Positions 25,904 to 39,784 of a stretch of 64,000 nucleotides of DNA are shown piece by piece. Source of the stretch: Tubiluchus corallicola (taxonomy: Eukaryota; Animalia; Priapulida); NCBI GenBank assembly GCA_030141605.1, contig JAQGDQ010000337.1, positions 193,693 to 257,692 on the forward strand, given 5' to 3'. Made by a program: the position numbers and the translations under genes. Positions within the stretch are counted from its first letter, which is position 1. Each line of letters starts with the position of its first letter. The notes under the pieces were generated by a model that had not been told where the DNA came from, ran no database searches, and worked only from the letters and a program-made list of their open reading frames with translations.

Positions 25904-26529
25904 CAGTGGTGTAGCAAGTGCTTGTGGTGCCGGGGTCAAAAAAACTTCTGGTGCCCTACCCTATTAATGTTTTCATCATTTGTTTCGTGGGTGAAGCCAC
26001 AAACGGTGCGCATTTTTTGCGTCCATGTACCCGACTTTACTTTTTCGACAGGAAAGGATGAAGAGAAAGATTTTTTCTAAGAATCAACCAAGTTTGATTT
26101 GGCAACTGCACCAAAATAACTCTTTTACGCGTAACACCACAGTCCTTAAGCATTAACCTCCAGCATTAAAACTTACAAATATTATGAAAGATACAGAACA
26201 CTAGAGATTTTCACAATAATACAATCTGCATTTAGAGAAATTCGCCACTGCTTCTCCCCAAATTATCAATTTGCTAAGCCAAACGAAACCCTACACACGT
26301 TAAGTAACAACATTAGCCGTTTATGTAGTCTGTATGTAGTAATTAATTAATTAAGCTACAATGATCTCTGACTAAGCATTTTTGTTGTAGTTTGAAAACT
26401 TTTGTTAATTGCTTTGTTAATGTCGGATTAGTAATTAACAGTCACTGAACTCTAGAAGAATTTTGCACCCTCTCACTCTTGCACCCGGGGGCTATTGCTT
26501 CTTGTCGCCCCCACCTGGCTGCGACTCTG
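25904..26529. mobile_element. hAT-like MITE
   Basis: CAGTGGTGTAGC...GCTGCGACTCTG ends; 8-bp TSD ACTCTCTA/ATTCTCTA. Confidence 0.75.
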
Positions 26530-29500
26530 ATTCTCTACATTACACATTCATTTTTGTATTCCTATCAAGATAACACCTGCCTTTCTTATTATTCTCCCCG
26601 TCTTGCTGTCTCCACTTTCCAATCATTCTAGGAAGTGGGAATATCGCATAATGTATATTAAGTGCAATAACACCCTGATTAGCAAAACACAGACTCTTTG
26701 TCTAATGGGTGGTAACGCAGTCAATTTTATGTAACTTTGTTAAAATACAGTGCACCTTACTGGGGCACAGAATTTAATTTAAACATGAAATCATGAAATA
26801 ATAACACAGAGATAATTCTTGATAGCAAGAATAAATGCAGTCAATAAAAAATCCTACAACACTGCGGGATTTTTATTAAATGAAACCATAATTGAAGCCA
26901 CTCAAGGTAGTTATTGCCATATGAAGTGCTAAATTGACTAGTTCAGTCTTCCATCAATTATCTGCAATTGCCAAAAACAGAGTAAAAAGACATTCTTGGC
27001 ATTTATTTTGGTGTCTCCAACTAGACGAGCATAAAGTATGGCAATGTTTGGTGTGATGGTTACTTCTTTTGCAAAACTGACACTGACTAATGTTTTTAGA
27101 ATCTTATATCATATAATAGCCTTTAATTTTACCTTCTAATTCTCATTTTTACTTTTCAATTCATTTTATTTTATCACTCAAAACAAAATCTTCAATGATG
27201 CTGCCATCCTAGCCAATATTTCTGTTTAGACTCAATTTCATTTTAATTTGCTGTCCAAAATATACGATTTCTTGCCTATAAAAGTTAACAATTGTTCCTT
27301 ATATTTGAATAATTAGCTTAGAAAGTTAATTGCTATTGCTTATGTCAGAAACTAACCACAGGTTGTGGAATAGCAGGTGTCTTCCCTTGCACGTCAAGCA
27401 CATTTGCATAGGTGTTACAGTACTGTTTAAATGCATGATGTCACGAAAAATGGGGTCTATGTCATATGACGTCATGAAACTAACACAGCAGTTCATGATC
27501 ATGGTTAATCCGGTACCGCCTTCTATTTGTCGGCGCCGCGCACGTGACAAAAAGACACCATTGCCAGTCTTAGTAGATTCACTGAGCCGCGTGTAGCTTT
27601 GAAAGTTTAACGAAATTTGAGTATCCGAGGTAATTATTATTTAATCTAAGCTTTGATTTAAAATAAGCTATTGTAGTTTTCAATATTTTACAGCATTCTT
27701 TATTCTGAACTCGTGTTTACACAATCGTCAGTGATTTCCTTTAAGGTAAATGTAAGCCTTGTCTAACGGATAAATGCTGGTATTATTTATATTATCTATA
27801 TTATAATTAGAATAGCCATATTCAAAAAAGACTTGTTTCATGCTTTGTGTTTACCTAGTTACAGTATATGTAAATATTCAATTAGCCCAAGTTCAGAACT
27901 GAAGAACTACAAATTACACTAGCATACTACACTCGTCGCACAGTAAGTACACCACAAAATAAAACTTACCTCAAACAGAAATGCAAATTCAATTACTATT
28001 TTTAGATCATGCATCATTATATAGGCTGGGGTAGGCTCCTGCATACTTCACTGCAAAACACAGAAAATATCTTTTGAAAACCTAGAGTCAGAGCTAAATT
28101 CAGATACATTCATAATCCTACAATCTGCACCACTGACACTTTGATCATCTAATCCCAATGACACATTCTACATTAACATTACTAAAAGTAATAAATTCAT
28201 TTCAATTATAAAATAATCAATATTATATTTATTTTGAGCAATCTCACAGAATTACTATTCTCACATATATAACTTATTGATTTTATTAATTGCATCACTT
28301 AACACTGTTTTACACTTGTTTGTTGCTTTACTCATTTTCGCTTTTTAACTTGCCAACTGAAAATAAAATAGAATTTTCGATTTCTACTCTCGAACAAATG
28401 TGAGAGACTGTTGACTTTTTTCAACTGCTTCAACACTTCGTGTGAGACTATTCAAACTGCATCTTTACACGCATCATATTCACACCAAGAAACTATTCAA
28501 ACCCTACGCAAGAACTACCTGTTCGCAGTGTTTCCTTAAAACTGCACGCAAAGAGAAAAATTTCGCGTGCACTAAGCGCAGATAAGCATCAAAACATTAC
28601 CACTCAACTCATTTATAAAGTAATGTAAAAGTAACGCCTTTGTGAAAATGCCAAACGGACAAACGTTTGTCATCATTATAGCACAGCAGAAGTACATTAA
28701 TGTCTGTAGCCCAGTTAAACTATGATGTGCTGTACCCATATTCTTTTAATGTGTGCTTTAGAGGCTGGCCAGTTAATTGCAGGCTAACAAATACCAGACC
28801 TGGTTAAGTTGTGTGAACAATAGCTGCTGTACTTTTAACACTATATCAGAGTCGTCTACTAAGAGACGGTGTGCGGTTGCAGATTTTAAATTAGTTTGAC
28901 GAGCAGTAACTATTAACACACAATAAAATGATTATAAAAATGGATTCACAGAATATAAATTGAGTAACACATATGACTGCAAGTAGTACAATTACACACT
29001 TGCATTGTTTTTTCAACTTGCTCATAGATGGCAGACAAAAAATTGCCCAGTCATCATGGTAATGCCAATTTTAGCAATGCCTCATTTCGGTAGTGTGATG
29101 TTAGAAGCTACAGCAGGACAATAAATATAGCAGCTGCGTGTTAACCATGGTAACCTACTGTTCCAGCTAAGCTGTGACTTGCGGCTGCATGAAATTTTAC
29201 ACAATTTCTTTACAAATATCATTAGCGCACAAAAAGTTTGTCCAGCATTTGTATAAATAACACATTCCAATTGGACAGTTCATTAGCTATTCGAGGATAC
29301 TGGCTGTTTTTGTTTAAGTAGGCAAATAATTTAACAACTTGAGAAAAATCAGCCAGTACCCCATGTAAAATGCTTCATTTACTGAACAAAACACCATAAA
29401 ACACTAGGTAAATTTACTGAAAACGCACAAAGCCCAAAACTGATCATTACAAAAAACCGCTCCTAATAGAACTGTTGGCTGTTTTTATCTGCAAATACTC

Positions 29501-29699
29501 ATTGTAACAAAATTAACAAATATTGTGTAAAAAGTGAAATTTCTCAATGGCCAGCAAGTTAATCAGGCACAACAATGAAATTTGCAATTGCATTATTTGC
29601 AGTCGCATGATATATCAGTTTACAAAGGCACACACCACGTTAGGTCACCTGCCCAGCAATGGAAGATTGGCTAGGTACGGAATGCCTCGTACAGGGAAC

Positions 29700-31300
29700 A
29701 TGATTGACACAGGATGTTGTTTTTTCATTATGTGGAACAGTTTACCAGAAAGTGTTGCCAGTGCACCAAATGTAAACCTTTTAAGGAAACACTGAGGGCT
29801 TCAAAATAGCTACGCTTCAGGAAGTCAACATTTGTATGAAACATTATGAAAGTTTGTTCCGACCGAGACACACTTTTTCCAAGTGCCGCAGAGTTCTTCA
29901 TGGTCATGAGTCAAAGTTATTTGTGCAACCAGCTAGAACCAACATCAGAACTCACTTCTTTGTGCATTGTGCAGTTCAGGCATGGAATCGTTTTCCATCA
30001 CTAACCATTAGTGCTTCATCAGTTGACAGTTTCAAAACCATTCTTACCTTTCAAAGTCATAGGGACCTAGAGTTGAACACAGTTACGGTCCCTTTTCAAC
30101 ACGATTTAAAACTATTGACAGATGGTGATTGAATGGTTGCCATTGGTAACTTGTACCAAGGGTTGATGACTCGGGAGGCAATAAAGTGTGATGGAATATT
30201 GGTTCGTGAAAAAGGAACAGATGGTTTGGAGAGATGTCCATGGAGGACATGAAAAAAATAATCCTCCTGGAGCATAAATGTTCCATTGATTATCTTATAA
30301 CAGTTGATGAGGTCAACGATTGTTCCAGAGTTGATATCGTAGAAAGGTCAGCATCTTCAGCTAGTCTATGTTTATTTATTTCCTAAGTTAGACTAGCTGA
30401 AGATGCTGACCTTTCTAGGATGTCTAACACATAGGCCTTATGTTCTTTCCAAAGATGCTTTAAGAGTGGAGTACTGTGGTGACCAGAATACTGAAGCATA
30501 CATAAGGATTCGGCGTACAGCAGCTTTGTAAAGTGGGATTACAGACCTTTGTAACGTTTGATCATGTCTATGCGTTGATTCGCTTGCGAAATGACATTAA
30601 GATATGAACGGCATTTGAGAAGCACTCAACATCCAGTTGCATTTGGGTGCGTTTCTTTGGATGAGGTAGTCATACAAACAACTTGGATTAAGTTGCAATT
30701 AAACTTGGAGCAATCTTAAAAAATAGCCTAAAAGCTAAATAATTAAAAAAAGCTAGCCAAACTTCTAATGATATAATGGTGACTCGAAAATTAATGCTAT
30801 TAAAATCATATTAGTTTTTGTTACCATTTTAATCACAATTTTTCGTAAAACATCAGATATTACTAGTTGTTTTACAGATTTTGCACAAGCGCTAACCTAG
30901 GTTAGGAAATACCGTAAACCTTTTAAGATTATAAAAAAATAGCAAATAAGTTGTGGTCCTGTCACTCCATAGATATAAACAAAATACCATTCTAGTGATT
31001 TAACGAGTGTCTAATTAAATAGTTTATAGCCGATTCATGTAGCAATATAATCAAAATGTAACCTAATTTTATGTGTAAAATTTCATTATTATTTAAAAGA
31101 TTGACTCACTGAAGATAAATAAAAAAGTTATCCATCAAAGATCTTGGCATCACAATAATGAATAACTTAAAGTGGAATGCTCACATAAGCAATATCATTT
31201 CAAAAGTAAATCAATTTATCAGTATGATTAAACGTTGTGTCATATACAGGAACATCTCTATGATCGTGCCACTGTACAGTGTAGAAAGCTGATATCACAA
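29700..31300. mobile_element. Cluster of CR1-like LINE ORF2 fragments on both strands
   Basis: Plus: WNSLPESVASAPNVN; GHESKLF...RTHFFVHCAVQAWNRFP...SVDSFK; KDLGI...LKWNAHISNIISK. Minus: LYKAAVRRILMYASVFWSP; NVISQANQRIDMIKR. Confidence 0.85.
30340..30417. repeat. Perfect 29-bp inverted repeat with a 20-nt loop
   Basis: TAGAAAGGTCAGCATCTTCAGCTAGTCTA / TAGACTAGCTGAAGATGCTGACCTTTCTA. Confidence 0.95.
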
Positions 31301-32666
31301 GGTGCTCTTAAAGTATCACTGAAAAAAAGATAAATTCCACTGTTACAAGGTAGTCAATGGATTTATCCTCCAATGATTAATTCTCTTTGTGTTCCCTAGC
31401 TCCAACTGTGGACATCACTCCAAACTATTTGTTCCTTCTTGACAAACATGTTATTAGACAGCACTTTCTGTCTCTCGTGTCGTCAACAAATTGCCAATGA
31501 CAATCATTGATACACCATCCTATCACCAAACACACCATGACTAGTAAGATATCTACTTGTCTTCTATTAATAGCCAATAGTTTGATGGGTAAACTTATCC
31601 TCAGGCATAGAAATGTCAAACATCAGTAGCATTTAATGTATGACCTCAGGCAACTATACTGCAATAGATTTGCCATTTCTTTATTTTTCACATGTAATGT
31701 CACAAACTTAAGCTTCTTTTGTTAGTGCCTAAAAATGAAATTGTTCATTCTCTTTATGTCCTAAACATGTAGATAATCATTTCTATAGTATTAATATGTT
31801 CTTGTTTTAATTGTAACTCATAATAGCTTTTGTACTGGTTTCTGGAGTTTATGCATTTTTCATGCATCTCTTCACAAGCTTGCTTAGCAGCATCAAGTTG
31901 TGCAATTGTTTGCTGTAATTATGATTGGTTAATTCAGTCAAACGTGAGATAAAAACCCCGTATCCTGTTTTAATAAAGCAACAGATTGAGACAAAATAGC
32001 TGTTTCTTTCAACAAGTCATCACGTTCTTTGTTCAAGGCATGAAATGTCGCAGGACTTGAAAGATCAAGAATAACCTTAAGAATAAAATTAACTGAGAAA
32101 ACTCAGAATAAGTGATCATGACCTAGAAATTGAAAAAGGCAACTGGGAATCGACAAGAAAATGAACGACTCTGTTTCTTCTGTATCATTACAGTAGAGAT
32201 AAACACGAAAAACCTAATAGAGGATGAACAGCACTTTGTATTTGAAGATTTTCATAATTTTTTGTTTTCTAAAATGGCTCGGTCTTTTCTATAGTATGGC
32301 AATTTAACTCTAATAATAAGCCTGACATTAACAATTTTGGCAGCTTCATCAATAAATGCAACTCTGTAGATCGAACAAAACTCTGCATACTACATATCGA
32401 CAGTAATGAGGAATTCGGGATGGACATGTTATGTGTAATTATTTTGTGCAATGTAAATACTGGCTTTTCGTGTTATTAGGATTAGTTAATTATTAATTAA
32501 AGTTTTTTGCATGTATACATGTGTTAAATTATCGAAGCGCTGTGTGTAATGGTTGCTATAGTTATTACTATTAATCATAACTCATTTTGCCAATGTATGT
32601 ATACTCTTTTCATATTTGAACAATTAAATTGAATTGAACTAAAATTTACCCACGTTTCCATGTTTG

Positions 32667-32682
32667 TCACTAGATGGGGCCA
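32667..32682 (+). promoter_or_regulatory. CTCF-like motif about 1 kb upstream of the NOA1 start codon
   Basis: TCACTAGATGGGGCCA resembles the CTCF core. Confidence 0.4.
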
Positions 32683-33657
32683 ACGCCACACCATCTATAG
32701 TACCATGGCAGCTCCCGTGGTAGCGCTTCGTTTAATTTTGCAACAACATTATTAATTGGCAAGCCTCTATCAAGGATTTCTAAAAATAAATTAGTGAGTG
32801 TAAGTGGGAATGCGTTACTTGAAATAAGTAAAATGGTTTTTTTGCTCAGGTTGTAGTTAGTTGATAATTAGGTTATAAATGAGCTGTAATTTCTTTGCTT
32901 GCTCTAAAGTAAGTAAGACACTTGCTCTAAAGTCTAAAGCGTATGTGCTAAATTTGCGGAAAACTAGTGTCGAATATGGGCAGCCCAAGTATGGCACTGG
33001 CGATTTCTCTTATTTTTTAACTTTACATAATGAATTTTGTCAAATTTTTAAAAATTTTGTTAAAGTTTCTTCATTTTATTAAAAGTTGTGCTTGTTGACT
33101 AAGTTGGCATCATACCGTGGATGCGCACGATCCTATTCACCAAATTGGCAAGCAAACTGACATCAGTAAAGAGCACTGGTATGCAAGATCAAAAACATCT
33201 ATTTTGTTCACTTTGTCACGTAGTAAAATGGATCACCTGTCTATGAAGCTACTACTGGAGTTTGAAAATACAAGTTTTTTGCAATTGCAGTACTAGTTTT
33301 TAACCCGAAAAATGAGTACAGGGTTATAAAATTAGATTTTTAGTATTTTTTTAACATTTTCTTGATAATTTGATGTTAGAATATAAAAGTTCGATATATT
33401 TAGTGTTTGTTTTTATAAAAAACCGAAAAATGACATTTCATCAAATTTTTGGTACATTCTACTTTCAGGTATAATAACGTAGTTATAATTATGCTGACTT
33501 ATGGACGGTTTTAGTTTGCATATAATCATATAAATAGTTATATTCCAAACCGTATAACAGATTTATTATTTCTTCTCTATTAGATACATGGTCAGTATAT
33601 TATGGACATGTAGCTATCAAAACTTTACAATCTTTTACAGTGTATATGCCATAAATC

Positions 33658-34480
33658 ATGTACAACAAACCAATAGTTCCAGCATCTGCTGTGCAGTGTG
33701 GTTTATTGCGTCTGGTCTTTCATCGCTTGGGCCTACGATGTCGGCAGCATCCGGCTTTAGCACATCCTCGGCTATGCTTTTGTTCCACCAGTGAGGTTGA
33801 GCAGAACATTGCTAATGCAAAAGATAATGAGCAACGTAAACAAAGTGAGAGAAATGTGTGGGATGCAGTGCAACGCTTCCAAGAACGTGAGGACAAATTC
33901 AAAGAATTTAAGCAACACAAACAAGAAAAGAAAAGGGCAGCAAAATTGAAAAAGCTTGGAATTGATGAAAAAGAACTGGAAGAAAAAGATAAAGTTCCCA
34001 TTCTTCCTTTGTCTGCTAAAGCATATTTGATGTCGCATTTGCATGAGTATTGTGCAGAATTTTCGGATGTTATTGACAGCGAAGGCAACTTGTGTAGAGC
34101 TGTCAAAGAAGAGGAAAACTCTGAAGAGGTGAAGGCACAGCAGTTCGATCCAGTTTACCCCTTTCAGCAGAGAACTTCCTTCATTTCCGATTCTGTTAAA
34201 CAGAGCGTTCAAATAATACGTGAAAAGTGTGCTCCATCGAGTTTGGATGGTGATGAACAAAGCGAAACAGAAGAGGATAGCATTTACGAGGACGTGGTAG
34301 ACTCTTTAGAGTATGATGCTATCCGCCTGGAGCTTATTCAGAGAAAAGTAGCGGAAGATAAGCGGTACTCTAATTTGTTGCACATGTATCGTGGCTTGCC
34401 TGATCCATCTGTTCCAGTCAGTAGCGTGCCTTGTCGTGGATGTGGTGCCATGTTGCATTGTCGGGATCCAGCCATACCAG
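33658..34480 (+). CDS. NOA1: NOA1 coding exon 1: presequence-like N-terminus, acidic region, first CxxC
   Basis: Arg/Leu-rich N-terminus with no acidic residues; GLPDPSVPVSSVPCRGCGAMLHCRDPAIPG; donor CAG|GTAACG, phase 1. Confidence 0.93.
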
Positions 34481-34930
34481 GTAACGGATGTAAAGCTGAT
34501 CCAGATCAGTTTTACTTATATGAAGTAGACTATTGGTTTTAACAAATAAATTATTTTCAAAGTGATTAGCTGCAGTTGAAACCTGTCTAATAAATCCCTG
34601 AATTCCATTTCACGTGTTTCGTCTAACAGAAACCTCTCAAAAAATGTAAAAGCAGAAAGGGAGTTAGGATTAGCAGGCTAACATGCCTTCGTTTAGATAT
34701 TTTAATATGGGGAGTTTTCAAAATCTTCTGTTTTTCCAAACTCAATACCGGTGACTATCATCACTTGACGGTTAGTTTTGTAAAAAAATTCCATTTATGA
34801 ATAAGTCATTGTGTTTATTATGATCTTCTTATGTAAGAATATTATATGCTTAAAACACTTATGAGCAGGCTTACAAATGTCCCTGGTGTAGCTTTGTCAT
34901 AGATCTGGTGATGTCTAGTAGTATGATAAC

Positions 34931-35338
34931 AAGAGGTGCATATCGAACGTTCGAATTAAATTCAAAAGGGTTTTGTTTGTTAGAATTCGATTCAAACCTA
35001 AAATTATAAATTCGAATAATTCAGCATTTATACCACGTACGTTCTTTATCATTAAAACTTTTGAAACATCATGCAATTAGCACAATTTATCTATGATTTC
35101 TGTGCATGATTTTTAAACAAATTATCAGTGGTTTTACTGCAGTGCAAAATAGAACAATGTGCATGATCTGTGTAAGATTACTTTTTACTTGTGGTTCGAA
35201 AACTTGTTCAAAAATCTTTCAGTCTCCATTCAAATTCGATTCCGAATTCGATCTACTGAAAGTCGTTTCGATTCGAATTCGAAAGTCACAAATTAATTCG
35301 ATTCAAATTTGCTTTGTGGTAGAGAATGCTCACCCCTA
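34931..35338. mobile_element. hAT MITE family B (TTCGAA-rich), reverse orientation
   Basis: Ends ATGCTCACCCCTA; TSD ATGATAAC/ATGATAAT; homologous to the copies at 53460 and 54477. Confidence 0.85.
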
Positions 35339-35435
35339 ATGATAATTACTACATGGATTTGTTTTTCATGCTATATATCACATAGGTTGCTATTGTCAAG
35401 CCGAACCTGCTGTAAGTAAATATTTATTTTTCCAG

Positions 35436-35707
35436 GTTATATTCCAAGTCAGAAGTACAAGTCATTTCTGGGAGTTGAGGAATTGTCCGAGACGCTGTGC
35501 CAACGTTGCAATTACATGGTTACCTTCGATGTAGCACTGAAAGCACACGTCCCGGAAGAGGAATGGTTCGGTATAGTGTCAAAAATCAAGTCCACCTTAT
35601 CACTCGTTATTTTGATGATCGACGTCACTGATATTCCCTGCAGCATTCCACCCAATTTCTTAGATCTCATTGGTTCTGATAAGCCTTTAGTTGTCGTAGC
35701 AAACAAG
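35436..35707 (+). CDS. NOA1: NOA1 coding exon 2
   Basis: GYIPSQKY...CQRC (second CxxC)...DVTDIPCSI...VVANK; AG/GT boundaries in phase. Confidence 0.95.
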
Positions 35708-35801
35708 GTAGGAAAATTGTTCTGATGGATTGTTAGTCAGTATATAATAAATAACATACAGTGCTTTTAATGATTCATGGATTGTTTGACATACTAATAA
35801 T

Positions 35802-36468
35802 TAGGCTTGTAACGATATATCGGTGCATCACGATATCTTTCTCAATGATTTGTGCATCTGCAAAGTGCCCTCGTGTCCTGATATTCAGCAAATTAGCTAG
35901 ACCCTATGCTGACAAAAACTATGTGAAGTAATTCAAGCTGTAGCTGTGAATGTACTGTAGACATGTATCAGTCATTATATTAAAGTAGGTGATTTGACAC
36001 AGACACTGCCAGCAGCCAGAGTGGTTGAAAGTGCAGTGTTTAGTCTGCAGTGGGCTAATTGCATTGTTTTCATGCAAACTTAAAAATGGAAAACCTGAAC
36101 CAGCTTTTAAACCTAAAGTGGTGATATGTTTTGCTTTTCTTGTGACTTGCACTGCATAAATAGCCTATTCATTACAGAAGTAATAAATAAAACCGAACAG
36201 TTAATCGATTTATTTTCGCATTTAGCACTCCTAAAACTGTTAACTGATAAATATGTTCAGCATGCGAAGGAAAAATATTCAGTCAATTATGCAGAGTCAA
36301 TTGCTGACAGTTTTTATGTATATTTTAATATGTGCTACCATGCCAGGCAGTTTTGAGTCAATTAAGCGATAGAGTCTATTAACCGTGAGTCTATTAAGCA
36401 GCACCTACTGTACATATCGTAGCGTGATGTGTGTTGTATCGTTATCTAGGTGTATCGTTACTGCCCTG
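35802..36468. mobile_element. Old hAT-like MITE containing a nested family-C Tc1/mariner fragment (ending 36410)
   Basis: Outer ends TAGGCTTGTAACGATA/TATCGTTACTGCCCTG; inner end GAGTCTATTAAGCAGCACCTACTG|TA. Confidence 0.6.
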
Positions 36469-37261
36469 TTAATAGTTTTGATTTACATTTAGAAATTCCG
36501 CTAACTGATTAGTAGACTTAGGTAATGAAATTGAATGATGAGTGGATTTTAAGAATTGAACACTCAAAGGGCAAGAAAATCGCCTTAAGAAATTATATTG
36601 GTTTGTAGAATTTTATAAATATATCGTACTCGCTTTGAAAGGATTTTGTGTTTGTTTTCATTTTAAACTTCCCTTGTCATTTTAAAATCGACACTGTTGC
36701 GACGGCGCCATTGCATGACGCCACTACGCAAACGTAAATAAGGGGCAGAAAAGTATATACATGTTAAACTATGTCCCAAAAACTTTGCATGCAAAATTAT
36801 ATTACTCAGCATTTCGCTTACCCCCTTGAAACACTTATGTAACTAGAAAAGAAAATTATTAATTATTTAAAATGTTTTCGCCAATTGGTAAAATGTCGTT
36901 GACTCGCCCTCCAAGATGCACCACTCACTAATCAAAAATGTATTTTTAATCTTACTGGCAAGATACAGTAATTTTAAATTTTACTTAGTTGGTGACGTGT
37001 ATGCTACGAATGCTCTGATTATTTTTCAAACTTTACAGAATGTTATCTAAACTTGTTTCAAATGACTTATCGTCAAAGTGGCTGAGTGTAACGGTCATTG
37101 CGGGAATTTAAATTTACATTTTTTATACAGCGTTATTTTTGACTCAAGTCTAATATGCCAAAAGGCAGTATGTAAGTGGTATAAAAAGGCGAAATTTTTA
37201 AGCTTTATGTGAGTTGAGGGTTTTCTTGTGCTTTAATCACATAATCTGTTCTTTTATGTAG

Positions 37262-37448
37262 GTTGATCTATTAATCAAAGATGAGAGTAAATACCTTAGT
37301 AGGATATTGGACACTGTTAAACGGTATATAAATGACAGTGGTCTCGTTGTAAACAAAAATGTTAAGCATGTTCAACTCATCAGTGCAAAAACTGGCTACG
37401 GAGTTGAAGATCTCATTACAAACTTACAGAATCTGTGGAATATCAAAG
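37262..37448 (+). CDS. NOA1: NOA1 coding exon 3
   Basis: Completes G4 (NK|VD) and contains G5 ISAKTGYGVEDLI. Translated by hand; not in the ORF track. Confidence 0.95.
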
Positions 37449-38272
37449 GTATGTCATCAAAAACGTCAAAGCTAATATAATTTACGGTATCAATACTTTC
37501 CCAATCTAGCTGGCAACTAATTATATCTTTCCTTACTTGTGATTAAAAGATTCTGGCAATCTCAATCATAATTAACCTATGCTGATATAATTTTTTATTG
37601 CTTTTTGAATTAGCTCTGGGAATAGTGGCTTATGACGTCTACAGTGTTGTACCTTAATTTTTCATGTTGCAGTAACTGCAAAATTAATTAGTGCTAGAAA
37701 TATTTGCGTATTTTGCAAAGAAGGCCTCATGCAGTAATTTCCAGGGTCAGTGGGCAAATTACACAAGTAATGAAGCGGCTTATTGGCTTTTTGCAATTTC
37801 CTGTTGGCTTGGTTTGATGGTAGGTACCTGATACTGTATTTACCTGCACACCTATTGGTGGTCAACAAATAAAAGACGCTGCTTTCTTTTGTCGCTTGTT
37901 GCTGCTTCGCACGTGTTCACTGACCAATGGTTGGTGATTAAACATCAAAGACATTCTTTGCAATTGCAAACGATGAAATTAAATTGACATCATTCTGTCT
38001 GGAGAGCGTGTTGTTTTGAACAACACCATTAGTTTTGTTTAACGTTACATAAGTTAGTTGCTTGGCCTATATTCAATTACGTTTGACAGTGCGTCATTTG
38101 CGACCTATGTAATTCGTTTGCAATGGTGCATCGCAAAAATATCACTTTTGTAAAAAAGTTTTGAAGCTAAATTTGCTCTTTTTTGGTTTACAGCAAGTGT
38201 CATGAGTAGAATGCGAAAGTTGTTTGTTGATAATAAAGAGTTGTAAGTTTAGTTACGACGTTTTAATTTCAG

Positions 38273-38401
38273 GTGATGTGTATTTACTGGGTGCTGCAAA
38301 CGTGGGCAAGTCTTCATTGTTTAATGCTTTCTTGCAGTCAGACTATTGCAAAACACAGGCTAAACATTTAATACACAAGGCAACTGTTTCAATGTGGCCA
38401 G
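38273..38401 (+). CDS. NOA1: NOA1 coding exon 4
   Basis: G1 P-loop GAANVGKS follows G4/G5, the circularly permuted order; ATVSMWPG. Confidence 0.96.
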
Positions 38402-38497
38402 GTAAAAGTAACATTTTTGTAGTTGACGTGATTTTGATTGTGTCAGTTTTTGACGGAATTTATTTGTAGAACTTATAAAAGTCCATTTACGTCAAAC

Positions 38498-38628
38498 CTG
38501 AGTATTGTTCAGTACATTGTTACATTGTATTGTTTGTATTGTTTAGTACATTGTTACATTGTATTGCTACTGAGTATTGTCTAGTACATTGTTACATTGT
38601 ATTGTTACTGAGTATTCTTTAGTACATT
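38498..38628. repeat. Imperfect tandem repeat of about 30-39 bp
   Basis: AGTACATTGTTACATTGTATTG reiterated. Confidence 0.8.
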
Positions 38629-38834
38629 TCTTGCAAGTTATTTTTGTTTATTCCAATGACCAAGCCAGTTTGGTAAATACCAAAAGCTTGGAAAATTCCT
38701 GCTTGCAGTTTTGTTATCTTTTGCATTCTTGTTATTGTAACTTTAGGTCTAAAAGATCTAATATTTGTATGTTATTTTTTTCAAATTGTTTTATGTTTGA
38801 TGTTATTTGCCCAGTAAGATACTTTTGTGTGACC

Positions 38835-39653
38835 AGTAAGCTTTTATGACATTTATGTCATCTTAGTTCGCTTTTGTGGTCTAATGTATGTAGAAGCAAT
38901 CATGTTAGGTACCGTTTTATTTGTGAGCAGGAACGTATGTCATACGCTAATGTGCTAACCTATGGTTTTGCTTTGAACTGTACATCCACTGCAATTAACC
39001 TCATCACTCACGAATTGTTGAAAGCTAAACATTTAATCACTTGGCTAGTGGTTTGTTTTTGAAACTCTTGCTGCTTTTCACAGAACGTTTAATCGGTTAG
39101 CTGTTGCTATTATGCCAGGGATGAAGATACAGTACACAATGTTTGGATGATAACTGTGTTGTTTAATGAATGGCTAATGAAATGGGATGCGAAGTTTAAG
39201 CGAAACATTATTTTACTGATACACAGTTGCACTACTCGTGTAATCAGTGCATTATTGAAACACATTAGGCGAAATTACAGACGAAGCCACTTGCGGAGAA
39301 ACATGGGCACTGGTCACCAACCGTAGTTCAAGCATGCCAAGCACGAAGTATTTTATGAGAATATGTGTATCATACAACAACAGATTTTTGACGCTTTTAT
39401 CATTATGAAGACTTTGTGACCCAACTTTTTTGTGAAAAATAAAGCAGCTCATCTTGAACAAATTTTTGTAAATGAACAGACGTATGTGATTTAGGAAAGT
39501 AAACTTTTTATTTTCTCTATGTTAATTCACTTTATAAATTTATATTATAAATCAGTTGCTGAGGAATTTAGTCATTTCTTCGAATAGATTCCGTTGGTTA
39601 ATTGAGTCAAAACACTTCCGTCCAAAAGTGAGTCTATTAAAAGGCGCCTACTG
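38835..39653. mobile_element. Tc1/mariner family C copy; left end degenerate
   Basis: Internal homology with 42895-43130; right end GAGTCTATTAAAAGGCGCCTACTG|TA. Confidence 0.7.
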
Positions 39654-39784
39654 TACTTTATTTAGATGCACCTTTAGCTACATTGCCAAATGTAGTAAAA
39701 ATTAAGTTCAGTAAATATAGCTAATTGTTAGCCTAAGCAAACTTGACCTTGTAAGCTGTCTGTTTAACTCACTACATACTTTAG

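Noticed and set aside
33720-34260. Antisense ORFs of 128 and 162 aa
   Set aside because: Shadows of the Lys/Glu-rich NOA1 exon 1.
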